From Phoronis australis (taxonomy: Eukaryota > Animalia > Phoronida), in contig NMRA01000266.1 in assembly GCA_002633005.1 (NCBI GenBank), positions 198,544 through 262,543 of the forward strand: DNA of 64,000 bases. The letters run 5' to 3'. Below are positions 10,328 through 24,078 of this stretch, in pieces. Each line of letters starts with the position of its first letter. Position 1 is the first letter of the stretch. The position numbers and the translations under genes are program-made. The notes beneath the pieces are model-generated. The model was not told where the DNA came from. It made no database searches and saw nothing but the letters and a program-made list of their open reading frames with translations.

Positions 10328-13300
10328 GCTGCAAAGCGTGATCACGAAGTCCTTACGTAACTGCACAANGCTGTTTGCGACAACCGCGAATAAACCCGCA
10401 AGTGGGTTATTGATCTTCTAGAACATGTTTCTAGTCTCTGATGCACACATAACCACATGGCTAAAATCCCACTGTAAACTTGCGTACCGCACGTGCACGG
10501 AGCGACGAAACGCTGTAGACCTGCTAACCGGACACGGAGCGACAAAATGATTATGAGCTTTACGCTATACAACTTGTCTCACTGTGTACTTTGCGCAAAG
10601 ATTTCTGGTTTTGCAAAGGATTAGTATTTAGCAATTTTTCGCAGCGGCAACAATGAAAGGGACTCCGTCGACCCTGGCTTTAAGCAACAACTAGACGTCA
10701 GTTCTCTTGAAGAACAATTTTGGCCCAACTTATTACCAAGTCATCATCGGCTGGTAGGGATATTCTTGATCAGGTTTGAACCACTGCCCTTTAGTCGCAC
10801 CTGGTTATCAAAAGCGTGCCTTTCTTCAACACGCTGTGCCCGTAAGATTTAGGGTAATTAAAGTGGAAACATACACTGTGTGAAACAGAAACCCATCGAA
10901 ATAAAAGCATGTAAACGTGGCTTTTTTCAAAAGAGAGGCAATCTGACACTTATTGTGGAGAACTAAGAACACGTTGCCTGTACATGTACATTTAAGTTGA
11001 GTAGAATCTTGCATTTTTAAAGAGACTGTTTCGTTTCAAAAGATGCGCTTGGGGGCGCACAGCTGCACTTTACTTATGCCTTTTTCATTTTTTATGCGCT
11101 GATGACGCAAAGAAGGGGTCCAGGAATATTCCTGGGTTGACGTTCAGAATCAAAAGTAATGTCTGCGATGGAAGACAGGTTTACAGCCGTTTTTAGACCA
11201 AAATTAAGTAAGAAATTGGCCTTAGCAAGGTTATCCGTTTGAGGAGTAAGCTTTTAGTCCGGGCTTTGCTAATCACAGCAAAAACGCCAGAACATTGCTT
11301 TAAACCTATAATTGCCATCATAGTAAAATATTTATGAACAAATGTTGCTACAATGTCTCAAAATGGGAATTGCCTGCTTCTGATTCTAGAAGCGACCGAA
11401 TTAAAGATAGAGTGCATTGCGATGCATTCATACTGCTGGGCTGAGGGTCTAATGTTTGGGAATGACATCATGGAACTACAGGCATGGAATGCTATCCAGA
11501 GCTCCTCAGACCAATGCATTCTATTGTTAAACTTGCGACCAAAAGATTTCAGCGTATTGGCCAAGAGAGTTTGCTCGGTGAATTTCCGTGGACAGGCGAT
11601 ATTTTTAGTAAAGCTGGCATGGTCTCGTACTTCGTTAAAAAGTATGAAGTCTTGCGTGACCTAGCTGTTTTGCAAGGAGCAAAGCCCACAAAAAATCTTT
11701 TAATAGTGATCCATACAAACTAAAAGTCTCGCTTATTTTTTGAATTCGCCACACGTTGCTAAGTTGGCGGTATTGTAAGAAGTAATTGATAAGACCGTTG
11801 AAGCTTGAAGATCACTTACCGTCCTGGCCTGTGGTGAATCTTGTTAGGCATAGTACCAGCTGAGTTAAGCTGTAGACAAAGTGGAATAAACCTAATCCAG
11901 AAAAGAGATGCTAGAATTAACTCGACAGTCCATTGGAGGACAGTCGCCTGGGTCTACCAATTTGAGTACGAGCTAGGTGAGTTCACATCAATACAGCGCC
12001 CATTGTAATCGGCCACTGAGGTCAACAGTCCTCGACCAATAGCCATTTTCAACATTTACTCCCCCTTTTGGGAAAATCGTAAAATAGTGACAATGACGCA
12101 CTTTTCGGTAGATTGCCTGCAAGACATCGCCGAGAGGCTGGAATGCAGTCGTCTTTCAATAAAAGTGACTCATTGATCTAGTTGCTAGAATACTGGCAGA
12201 TTTTTTCAATTTTATCTTTAAATTTCAACTTTGCTACGACACAGGTGGTATATGCAAGTATTTTGCAATGCTACGTCGATTGGCATCGTCAAAAACCTGC
12301 AAAATAGCCTTATGCTATCTAATCGTATATAACTTTCGTTAGCTAACATTTCGTGATGTCTATGCTGAATCTGTGAGGGTTAAAACGTTTTACAAATCGT
12401 GTCTGGTGATAACAAAGTTTTACCAATGAGAATGAAACTTACCTGGCGCCATTGTAAAGATTCTGTACATCAGCCAAAAAATCGTGCGCGTGCTTTAGCT
12501 ATGCTGCAAAGCCCAAATTCAGCTTTAGAACACATAGTCTTCGTTCACGAGCGCGCAACGCAATTGAATTCCAGTAGTGACTTGTCGCGTTTAAACGTGG
12601 TCGACTGGTGTGAGAATGTATTAGTTTATAGCTGCAAAGCGTGATCACGAAGTCCTTACGTAACTGCACAAAGATACAGACGCGAGAAACTCAAGAACAC
12701 CCAATAAAATCCGCGCTAAATATCGCCGAACGATGCATATCGCAGTACTGTAACCTTTCTCGTGACTTGTTTCTCAGGCATCTGACCACCAGATGGAGCC
12801 GCGTTTTACGTTCATAGTTTTGCATTAGCTCATTCGTAGTCATCCTATTATTATCTTAGAGCGATGTAAGGCCTTCTAGAAAAACTGTGCTTGCACACAC
12901 ACATCTACAAAAGTATACTTTTTTGGTAAAATCCGTATTTTCTGAAATTTGATCGTTGACTTTTATAAATGTATCAACCATCAGTTATTTGAGTCACGTG
13001 ACCATGTGTGTCAGTAAACGTTCACAATGCCTAATTATAATGTACATTCAAAGCTTCAATAACATTACAAGTTTTTGCTCGATATCATTGCTCGTGATCA
13101 AATCTAAAACGTCCGATTTACAGTTTAAGAACTTTTTCAATGAAAATCGTAATTTTGGTAGCCTCTCTTGCAAAAGTAGATATTTCGAATAGCGTCGTAA
13201 GAAATGGTGCAAAGAGCATAGTATTTGAAACTTTCATTTCTTTGTAATTATCCAATATAATATTAGTCATGAAAGCCAGACTTCATTAAATCAGGCGAGT

Positions 13301-14065
13301 TCAATTCAGGGTTTCACGAATATGTCGTAGCATAATGGCTGCCATTGAAGTGACTGGTCGTCGAAGTTGGTGTATTGAAGTCAGGAATGTTTCCGGTCCA
13401 TACGTGGAATGCAAGCTACTGTTTTGCATCATCTGGTTTGTTAGAGCTTGATATCGAGCACTGCGCTCTTCCGGTTCGAATGCCGAGGCGTACAATTTTG
13501 TGCGCTGACAATGGTCTCAAGGTAGAACAACCCTTCAGTTCCTTGTGAACCTAAAAACCAATTCTCACCACAGAGAGAAACAAGTTGTGATCAGTTTTAT
13601 GACGGTGAGTAGCTTAAATCAAAAGCCCATTTCTTCGACAGAATACAAGTTGCTTTAAAATTTCTCATGTTGACCAGAGCAATAAGGTAAAACTGAAAAA
13701 AGAGTTTGTGTTGACATATGTGAGTCTTAAATCACTTAAGAGTTCTTACTCAACACTGTGACGCCCATTGTTATGTCATCGTCTGTCCAAGGGAATCTCC
13801 ATAGGTGATGTTCGGTTCCTTTTTTGCGATAATAGATGACCACGAGGTTGTAAACACCAGCCGGCATCTTGTCTCGCGGTACACTTACAGTTGCGGTGAT
13901 GTCGATACCTTGAACGGGAACGTCGATTGTGACGTTAAATTTCATTATAATTATGTGTTTTTTGAATCATGGATAACAAGTTTGTTCTTGGTACTCTTTT
14001 TAATCTTGGTGAAATCCTTATTACTGTAACTATAACTATTATTAATTTTATCATCACTGTTTCTG

Positions 14066-14106
14066 TAGTTGTTGTTGTTATTGTTGTTGTTGTTGCACTT
14101 ATTATT
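14066..14106. repeat. (GTT/AAC)n microsatellite
   Basis: gtagttgttgttgttattgttgttgttgttg; reads as poly-Asn in the gene B frame. Confidence 0.85.
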
Positions 14107-14182
14107 GCCACTCTGATTAAAACCGCCTCGGCCTCCGGCTTCTGGCGATTGGACTTGTTTGTCAATAAACACTCTCAAATCG

Positions 14183-17100
14183 TGTTATATTTAACTGATT
14201 GTCATAGTGGCATCGGCACTTACCCACTCGAAGAGACTCTAATGCAACTGGAATCTTCAAATAACAAGCACATTTGTTACTTTTAAGTGTAAGACGTGAG
14301 TAATTGACATTTTTAGATCCGATACCTTCATTCAACATGGCCGAACGGGCACCTAAACAGTGGTCTCTAACTAAAACGGAGACCCCCTATGAAAACTGGC
14401 GGCAGAATCTTATATATTCTCTTAGTCTAGACGAAACCTTTGAGCCGTTTCTGACTTCTCAGTGGTTCAAGAAAACCAATGCCAAACAGTTGCGAGGTCT
14501 CGTCGATGACGACACTGACGTCGATGCTGCCGAGCGCCTGACCGCCGTACAAAATAATGCTGGACTCGAACCCATGCTCAGACAACTACTGCCCTGTCAT
14601 CTCCCGCAACTCGATAGTCAAGAACTCAGTGTCTCTCGCTGCTATCTGGCAAAAAGTCAGACAGCACTTTGGTTTTGCCTCGACCCGTGCCCAATTTTTG
14701 ACCTTTGCAATATCCGCCTGCAACAGGAAGAGAGTTCCGTGGAACTCTACCAACACTTGAATGCCTTTTTAGAGGAAAATCTCCTCTCACCTGGCTGTGA
14801 CCTTGCCCTCACTGGAGCCGCCATAGATTATGAGGAGGAATTGACCCCGACGCCGTAAAATGTCATTGTACATGTATATATATATATATGGCGTGGACTG
14901 GTCCACGCTGGCATTCCACTTCTAGTCAAGCAAACGTATGGATCTGAGCTTCGCAACAACACGCTGGCTTCTAATAAAACGGAAATATCTCTCGCACTAT
15001 CTTCACTACTGGAAGAACTCCAGATTATCGAAGAGACCCGTGTTATGCGCATTGGTGCCCCTCCTGGTCGCAGAAGAAAGTTTTATTCTTGCATTGTCTG
15101 CAATACCGCTGGTCGACCATCGTCTCCCCACAACCTTGAAGATTGCAGATTCCTATCTGACAGCGATAAGCATCGCATCCCCAGATCACGCCGGGTTACG
15201 GACTTTGAAGAAGATGACGCTGATCTCGACGACGAAGCGTCCACTGAAGCTGCCGACGCCTCCTGTAGCTTCGTGTCACTTGGTACCCAGTCAGCTCGAC
15301 GTGTGACTATCATGCAGTCTGTTGTCATGAAAGCCCTTTCCGAGAATCATGCAGTGTAAGTCACACTGGACACTGGTGCTACTACTAACATGGTCGCAAG
15401 TCTGCCGTATGTTTATACGGTATGAATACTTCCCCGCTTTGTAGATGGCCCGCTAGGCCGACGGCATTACCCCCCCTTCAGGTTTTTGGCGAGATCTACT
15501 GCCAGCTTACCCATGGCTCTCACAACTTTCGTCTGGATGCTTTGGTGGTTCGCCAGCTTGATGTTGACATTGTTGCTGGCAATCCCTTCATGTCCTACAA
15601 TGACATTACTGTTCGCCCCGCTATGCGCCAGATCGTAATTGCTGGTTCTGATGTCGTATCAGTACTCCCAAGGAGACATTACCTATTGCACGACTTACCC
15701 AGTAATTTCTCTTACGAACCGAGGTTGGATAACCCTCATCATCAATCACTCGACCCTAAGCTGGCATGGCCATGACCACAGGAATTCCACTCAGTCTCCC
15801 ACACTGTACTTGTAAAGAACGATAATGATTCACCTCTGCCAATTAAACATGGTGAACATATTTGCCGGTTGCAACAACTTTCAGAGTTCGTTACCCGCCA
15901 GTGTCCCAGGTTCTACAACATCCACCACTAACGCCCTGCCTCCAGGCTCTCATACTAGACCACTATTTTCTGATTCCATTAGGCTTCACCCTGATTTACT
16001 GCTGTCTGACGACATGCAGACCCGCTTCCAGTCCCTATACGCAATGATGTATTCAACCCTGCTGTTTCCAAGTACAATGGCGCTAGTGGGAAGATAGAGG
16101 CTGTTGCGAATGTTGGACCCACACTCCCTCCTCTTTCGAAAGGCCGACTTCCCCAATGCAACCGCGAGTTTCTTGTTGACACTTAGACAAAATTTGATGA
16201 GCTCGAGGCCGCTGGTCTTTTCGCCAAGCCGGAACAGGTGAATATCCCTGTAGAACATCTCAACATCTCCTTCCTTAACAAAAAACTAAGCGGCGGTAGT
16301 CGGCTTGTTACATCCTTTGGCGAGGCTGGTCGTTGCGGTAAGCCCCAACCGTCCCTAATGCCCAATGCTGACAGTGTCCTACGAAACATCGGGAAATGGA
16401 ATTGTCTAATAGTATCTGACCTCTTACAGTCCTTCTACCAGAGTCCTCTCAGTCATTCGTCTATGAAATATTGTGGTGTCACTACGTCATTTAAAGGCAT
16501 TCGCGTTTAGACTAGATCTGCAATAGGGATGCCGGGATCAGATTTGTCGTGGGAGCTCATGTCCAGTCCACAGTTCTAGGTGATTCAATTCAGCAAGGCT
16601 GGTCACCAAAATCGCATACGATCTGTATGTAGGTGGAAGCTCACCTGACCAGGTGCTCCAACGTTTCAGACTAGTCCTTCAGGCTCTTCGGTGAAACAAC
16701 CAGCGTGATCTGTCCGCCAAGAAAACCGTCATCTGCCCTAAGTCAACCACCGTCCTTGATTGGAAATGTTCCTATAGTTCCTTACGGGCCGGTGATCATA
16801 AGGTCTCAGCTCTCGCCTAAGTTGAGCCTCCAACAACTCCGTTCGGCCTCAGATCATATATTGGTGCTTTTGAAGATCCTAAGTAGTGTTCTCCCTGAAT
16901 ATTCCTCTCTTCTTGACCAGCTTGACGCTGCCGTGGCTGGACGCGAGTCTCATGAACGCATCTCCCGGTCTGACGATCTCATGGACTTCTTTAAGAAGTC
17001 CCAGTCTGCTCTCAAAGACACAAAGTTGATATTCGTGTCTAGACCTTCATGATCCTCTGCTCATTGTGACTGACGAATCTGTGAAGAATCGTGCCTTGGG

Positions 17101-17545
17101 TGCCACTCTGTACCTCCGCAGAGGGGACAGACTTCTCCTCGCTGGCTTCTTTAATGCGAAGTTGCGTAAACATCAAACACTGCAAAGTTGAGGCTCTGTG
17201 TATTGGTGTAGCAGTCCGTCATTTTCCCCCTATATCATCCAGGCCTCTAATCCCACCCAAGGCCCGACAGACAGTCGTCCCTGCGTTCAAGCCTACGGAA
17301 AACGTATGCGAGGCGAGTTCTCCACTTCTTCAGCGGAAACACAACATCCTTTCAAGACTCCTCTAGTCAGGTACGTAAGTTCATTGCCGAATTGGAAGAT
17401 TGATTTGTTCGAAGCTTGTCCGTTGATGATGTTCTTCAGAGCGCCATGCGTATGCCCTTCTCAAGACGAGTAGCTTGGCTGTTAACCCAACAGGAATGTC
17501 CAGACCTTCGCAAAAGCCAAGCTCACCTGTCTCAGGGTACTCAAT
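14183..17545 (+). mobile_element. Decayed Ty3/Gypsy LTR retrotransposon (gag-protease-RT-RNase H, 3'-truncated)
   Basis: PBS-like tggcatcgg at 14208; gag MAERAPKQWSLTK...WRQNLIYSLSLD (ATG 14337); protease VTLDTGATTN near 15357; [10 protein letters not shown]...[15 protein letters not shown]...DLLQSFYQ; RNase H LLIVTDESVKNRALGATLY near 17055; many stops and frameshifts. Confidence 0.9.
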
Positions 17546-18382
17546 GAGTTAAGGATGGACGGCAATTGCCGGTTCATTACAGAAAGATACGAAATCGTCT
17601 AAGAGTTTAGCTATCGATGTCGTGACTTTACGTAGCTCACCGGATAACTCCGTACCGTCCTTATCCTCGAATCATCAAAGAAGGACGTACGCCTGGTCTT
17701 TTTGGGAACATGTTTGCGCTTTGACAGCGGATTTTTTGCAAACTCGCTGGAACAGGACACCGTGAATTAAAAGAAAGAACAATTACTAATGGTTTGTTGA
17801 AACCCTGTTTTGCGTAAATTTATTGACAGAGGTTTTTGCTTGATATGGACGGCTGAAGTGAAGCACCCGTGGAATTCCTTGTCCCGAGCGTTATACCTCG
17901 TAGTATTGTCTATAGCGTAGTGAGGACGATCAGAAGCTGAAGACGGCTGTCTTCTAAGCCTGATACCTGATGTTGCTGGGTTCGCCTATATTTGCACGAC
18001 ATTCTGTTATGCATTTAAAATTTTCGGCTTGAAGATTTTAATGTGAAGCCCTTATAGTGTGAGAACGCTGTAGCCAGCCTCTGAAGCGCGAGTCCTAAGG
18101 GTACATGCCTAAAGCAGCCGTGAATGCCTCGTTCCGCCAGTTTGTAGGAGTATAACGTTTCTGTGAGTATAATCTAATCATATTAAACAGACACGATATC
18201 AGTCCAAAGTGCCTCAAGAAGGGAGTTTGCAAGAAATGTGGCTAAACCTATCACGATTCATGAACTGGAAAACATAGGATTTGCGTTATTACATCTGGAA
18301 TAGATATTTGCTGTTGAGTTGAATGAACTCATGTAAGATTAACGAGAAGGATCAGCATGGTTTAGACAAAATGCCAACTCAC

Positions 18383-18547
18383 CATTTTCTTGAAGGACGA
18401 CATTGCCTTGACGGTCCTTGATGATTAGGTCGTTATGAGTTAAATGGTGCAGCTGAAGTCCCACCCCCATTCCTACTGGTATGTATGCCTGCAGAGGAAG
18501 AAGCACCTGGTAGGCTCTGTTGTTGGTTCCGTCAACGAATTTGTCTT
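18383..18547 (-). CDS. Gene B internal exon (165 nt, phase 1-1)
   Basis: cag|AAGACAAA...GAAAATG|gtgagt; open frame; the 3' half aligns with gene A HTTKTDTSYKTSRNTTIAVTQTGE. Confidence 0.45.
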
Positions 18548-21500
18548 CTGATGTCGTAAAGGCCAGTCGCAGTCGATTAAGCATGTGGACTGCAATAGGC
18601 GTGATTGTAATAACGCAAAATCGAGTGCCTTAAACGAAACGGATATATGTTCGATGCCCTTTTTACATTCGAAATCTTTAAGCGTGTCTGCACGTGGCAG
18701 CCACAGTGCGAAATGTGTGCACCTTGCGACCCAACCGGTTAATCGCTGAACTAAAGCAGCTAGTGACCTGACTTTAACTTCGAGACACGATTGTCGAAAG
18801 CTTTCTGTATGGCAATCGTTGTAGTTTCCTCCTGAGTTCCTGACATGGGCGGACTTAGGGAGCAGAGGAGTGCCCGCACTTGGCTGACGCAAAAAATAAA
18901 ACAGCGAGAGCGTGAGGAAATATTGAATTTATTAAGTACATGTAACCCCGGTAAGTAACATGCGGCAGAAACAAAATTTGATAATGAGTGAAGTTTAGTT
19001 TGTGTGCGCGTGTGCGGGGGGGCTCAGACCTGAGTGCAAGTGTCCGATTCATACCACCGGAGCAATCGTTTTCCCGTTTTCTGTGGTTGGCTGCCCGATA
19101 AAATGTGTTGCCTCCCCCTTGTAATATCCTAGATCCGCCAATGCCTGGTTGCAAATTTTAGAAAGAATCGATTAGTGCTCAGGCAATGTTTCAAAGTTTC
19201 CCGAAAGTTCTGAAAATTCACCAAGAAAAGGCTGATAAATATCTGACTGGTGCACATGTACGACGAAAGGATGCACATATACTTGCCTGCAATATGAGCT
19301 TTTACTGGATAATTTGCTTAACCTAAGCAGCACCAAACTTCCACATATTTTTGCCTTACTAAATTCTTCGATAAGCGTTTAAGGTCCCATGCTCTAAGAT
19401 CTACGGTGGCCCAAAGATGACATCGTTTGTTTAGTTTTTTATGATGTCAGGATCTCAACATCCCGGCTTTGTTACCTCGGGATCCCGAAACAATTTTCCT
19501 CAGTGTGTCGTTGTACGTAAACGCTCTTCTGGCTCGTCGCATTGTCACCGCCACCATCTGGGTCGACACCAGAAAGAGTTATTCGCATAGTTTTTCGTTT
19601 CACCACTAAGCCATTAGTGGCATGTGTGGTACATGAATATATAACCATATTGCTGCCCTGGCATCGATATTTGTCAGTCTATGAAACCGATGACACCATC
19701 AGTGTCTTAATAGTTGTTACGACGTGCGAGCCCTAGCCTTAACAAAAACGCAAAAGACGCCTAACGCAAATAATGATACCAAAACGATACCTGAGCAAGT
19801 GTACAGTCTCATTTTGCGAAAGCACTCGGTTGAAAAGATCTCTGGCAGCTTCATCTATATCCATATTGGAGTATTCTTTGTAAAAGAAAACAAGGCGTAC
19901 ACTGTATCATTTGAGACCGATTTTATAACAGTAAGAGCCTAATTCTATTTTTGTTTTTCAGCCATAAAAACTAGCAGTACGGCATATTTAACTGAAAAGT
20001 TAACAGCGAACTTTTCGTTCTTCACTACTGCGAGCCACTTCCTAAGCATTTCGGGATCTCGAGGAAGTCGAAAAAACGGACAAACGGGAACGATACACCG
20101 CAATATAGCGGCATTCATTCTGCAGATGAACCACTGACGTCGCTGCGTCGTTTCTCACCTTCCTCACAGGTTAACGCGACACCTCTAGGCAAGGTGAGGT
20201 CGACCGTATAAGAGGCGATATGGATATAGGCCGATGAAGACGGTAAAAAGACTAATTAAATTGGGTGGAATTCTCTGCTGTAAGCGTTGTCTTTAATGTT
20301 TTGCTGCTTTGATGGGTCCTGATAGCTCTACTGCACACTGTGTGGGTCAAGATTGTAGATGTCCATGATTACTTGTCCTGGTGATGATGTTTGATCCCGA
20401 GGTACACTGTAATGAAGTCGGGATCCCGAGATCCGAGATAATTAATTATGCATCTCGACAACCTGAGATCCCGACATAATTTAGTCTGGATCTCAAGATC
20501 CAGAGACAGTTATATAGGTATTTTGATATCCTGGGATAATTCAAAAAAGACGTGCGATTTAATACCTGGACCAGCTTAAAAATCTTTGTCTTCATTCGTT
20601 AACAATCTGCTTAAATAATGGAAACCATTTCGCTCGTGGTTTAAATAGTAATGTCAACCTCTGTGGTTCATTTCTTATCTTTGTTGTTATTGTTCGTCAA
20701 ATAATTGACATCACGTGTTAACTAATTAATTTATCAGACAATTAGCACTAGGGAGATTTCACTATTGCATTTAGTAACACTATTGGTTTGGAACAAAAAA
20801 TATGTATATTTAGGCAGACATGAAAAATAATTATTGTAATAATTAAAGAATTACGTTTACATTTACAATGCTTGGGGCCATTAGACCGCAAATTATCAAG
20901 GATATGAATGAAATTTTAATGAACAAGTTGTTGGTGATAAAACTTACACGGAATTTGTTTATACTTAACAAATATTCCTCATGGATCATCGAAATAAATA
21001 TGGAATCCCAATTTCATTCAAGTTGTCTCAAAAATAAGTAAGATGTCGTGTTTTGGGAAGTATTGATACGAAAATTTGCTATCTGTTGAAAATGAAGATC
21101 TTATCTGACGTTGTTTACATTGAAAAGCTCACGCCGCTTTGCTTTACTTAAAGTGAATATTGGTTGGGTTATTCATAAATTTCCAAATTTATGCACAGTT
21201 TGAAAAATGCGATTTCAATTCCAGCATAAATTTAGCAAATGAGCGAGTACATAACGATACTGGTTCTTAGTTCGAAGTGCGCAAACTCGACCATTTAGAA
21301 CGTATTTCGAATACAGTGATCGGGAGAACCGATGAAAACGATTGCCAAGATGTCAGTGATTATTCAGATGCCTAGAAATTTGACAGGGTAGTCTTAGCAT
21401 TTCAACTAATTCCAAAATATGCTTTTCCGCGAAATTTGTTGCATAAGCTGTTATTACTATGTGTAGCAATGCACGCCATAACGTTATACGGAAATGGACG

Positions 21501-22201
21501 AATTTTATATCGAAGCAGCTTACTGTTAACGATGTAGCTTAAAGCATAGTCATTTCATTTGATACTTTTCTTTTGTCAGTTTCGTAAATGCTTGTGAAGA
21601 CTGACATGTTGATTTCACGCCTCCGAACTAAAAAGTTGTAAAATCCCGTCCAGTTACACCCATTCCGGACAAGATGAATGCGATCAGTGCGTTCTTTGAG
21701 AGTACTCAGAGCACGATACAACGGAAAACGGCTACAACGGCTGATGTCGTTATGTCGTTTCTGATACTATACACCTACATGTACAATGTATCCAGTTCCT
21801 GAATGCGAGTAGAGACAGGTACTTATGTTACCCGTTTTAAACCAACACGTTCCTACACTAAGAAGTTCACGTTACGACTGAAGTTGTACACAAAACAGTT
21901 TTCTTGTACATGTAGGCACCGTCCACGTTTGATGGGCAGGGGTGGGGGGTCGATGTGAATTACTTCTTTTATGAGTTGGCGCAATTTAATCCTATCGGAG
22001 ATGTTCAGTCAATTATCCAAACAATAGTCGGTAATTCCTTTATCCATGTAGTCGAATTTTGCCAAAGGATGAGCGCGTATTTTCAGGCTTATGGTGACCA
22101 AAGGGCATTGCACTCTAGGTATAATGCGCGCGGTATAGCACTTTATTCTCATTCACAAAATTAAGATTTCGTGTCGTGCAATCTGCAGATTAATGCAGGC
22201 G

Positions 22202-22396
22202 TATACACCGTATTCACGCAGTCGCCATTATAAAAGTAAACCTCTTTTTAGGCTTAAGAAACAATGCATTTTGCGCCTAAGTACAGCACAAAGTGTGATT
22301 GTTTGTGTGATTCGTTATATTCATCTCTCAAATGCATTGTTTTTTTTTAACCTAAAAAGAGGCTCACTACTAAAATGGCGACTGCGTGAGGTGTAT
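22202..22396. mobile_element. Palindromic MITE
   Basis: tcacgcagtcgccatt...cctctttttagg...aaacaatgcattt is mirrored by aaatgcattgttt...cctaaaaagagg...aatggcgactgcgtga. Confidence 0.8.
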
Positions 22397-23910
22397 GGAG
22401 GCGGCGCCGGGCAAATAAAGCGAACAATGATTAGTAAAAAACGCTAAGTTTATTTATCAACAGATATTAAAAATGCAGTCAGCAAAAAATTCAAAATAAA
22501 ATAGTGCTTCAAGTACAAGTTAAAAGTACATTCTGCTGTGTTGCGAAGGTCAACTCATTTTGCTCTTATTTATCCAAGCCTATAGTTTAAATCGAGTAAC
22601 AGAAAAGCGGACGACAATGTCTTGCTTCGAAATGGAAGCCTGCTGTGGTTCTTCTATTTACTTAATCGTGCAAGGATATTATATAAGGTCGCTTTTTCGC
22701 TACGGCTATCAAATTTAACGATAAATGACTCAAATGTGCACAGCATCCCTCTCAAACATCTCAAACACAAGGCTGCTCAACGCTGTCGATGATTCTTCGA
22801 ATAAAGCCAAAATTGTGTTAAGTACTAAATGGAAAACAACCGCAGAAGACACAAATTTGAATGAGATCACCGACTGAGCTTAATGTTCCTTTTTTAAACG
22901 AAATGGTGAGAAATATCGTCTTTGGACATGCGAATTGTTCTAATTTTCTCACATGACCGGGAATGTGTTACGACACAACTGGTTCAAAACACAGAGTACG
23001 TAATTTTTTGATATTACATGGGCAAATCTCAGCGTAGTAGAAATTAGAAAACGCCTTACATTGTATTGTCTACAGAACATTCAAACAACCAAACGCGCGG
23101 CCACCAAACAATGCCGAAATTTCGTGAAGTTGGCTAGATTATGATTGACCAATTGATTGTCGCAAATCCCAGTCGAAAAGACACGCAAACAACTTCTTAA
23201 ATGGACCCACTTCGGCGGCGAATTCCATGTCCACGTTCATTCAAACGGCGACGAACCCCATCTCAAGAAACGCGGTGAGACTGCCAACTTGTGCTGTCTC
23301 AAGGTCAACTGAGTACTCACTCGCTAGAAGCCTTGATGTCTTATTTATAAACATTTGTCAAGTTTTAATATTACAGCTTCAAAGACCATTTATTATTTTT
23401 GATTAAAGTGGCGTCAAGTGGTTGAAAGTTTTAGACACGGCGAGTTTTTACGGTTCATGTGAGAAACCAAATCCTTCACATGTTTCAGGTTTATGACATG
23501 GGCAAAACCTCTCGAAAATTTCGTCAAAATCCCGAGGCTTGCAGGATTCACTTTTTCCTGGCAGATCTATAATACCATAGGTCTAATGACATTGAACCAC
23601 AGCTTTGAAAGTAGAACGCCCAGCTAAATCCTAAATGCGACTTGCTGCTGGCGTTCATTTGTCAAGTCCATAATGAAGGTAGCAACCTGTCTTTTAAATC
23701 CACATTCGCCATGTCTAAAGACAATTTAAGGAAACTTTTAATGGATAAGGAAGTCAGTCACGAGGGAACTTTGCGGCACAAGGTTTTCAGAAATCACGAC
23801 AAGAGGTTAGGCTTGTAACGATAAAACATGGCGCCCCGTACATCAGTAGCATTGGAACAGAATCAAAATAAGTAACACTGTTAGAAATCTTCAACTAAAC
23901 CACCGTTTAC

Positions 23911-24078
23911 CTTCGTTATCCATTGAACCATGACCCAGCACGCTCATTAACTCGCAGCTCGTGCCCCAACAATAACTGCCACCACCCTTTCTTCCTTTAC
24001 AATGCCGCATGCAACCCGTCAAGTATTCTTGGTAGAAAAGGTTATCAGCGAAACACACGCTTTGTCTTTCCCAATGTC
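23911..24078 (-). CDS. Gene B Cys-rich exon (168 nt, phase 1-1)
   Basis: Acceptor tttttcttatctgcag|GA, donor GAAG|gtaaac; same phase and CF.D...TGC...CK......SYCWG.SC pattern as 7295-7483. Confidence 0.7.

Larger units (their letters stand above)
7901..12671. repeat. Tandem ~2.3-kb duplication (7901-10368 / 10370-12671) joined at a single N; probably an uncollapsed haplotype
   Basis: Identical ORFs at 10096/12399 and near-identical ORFs at 9054/11358; N at 10369; the 5' parts differ by SNPs and indels. Confidence 0.9.
13736..24078 (-). pseudogene. Gene B: paralog of gene A, probably disrupted
   Basis: Exon-like blocks 24078-23911 (GHWERQSVCFADN...TGCMRHCK...SYCWGTSC), 18547-18383 (HLTHNDLIIKDRQGNVVLQENG) and ~14181-13736. 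A Gypsy element lies between the last two blocks, and there is a frameshift at the A6 run near 13958-13963. Confidence 0.5.
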
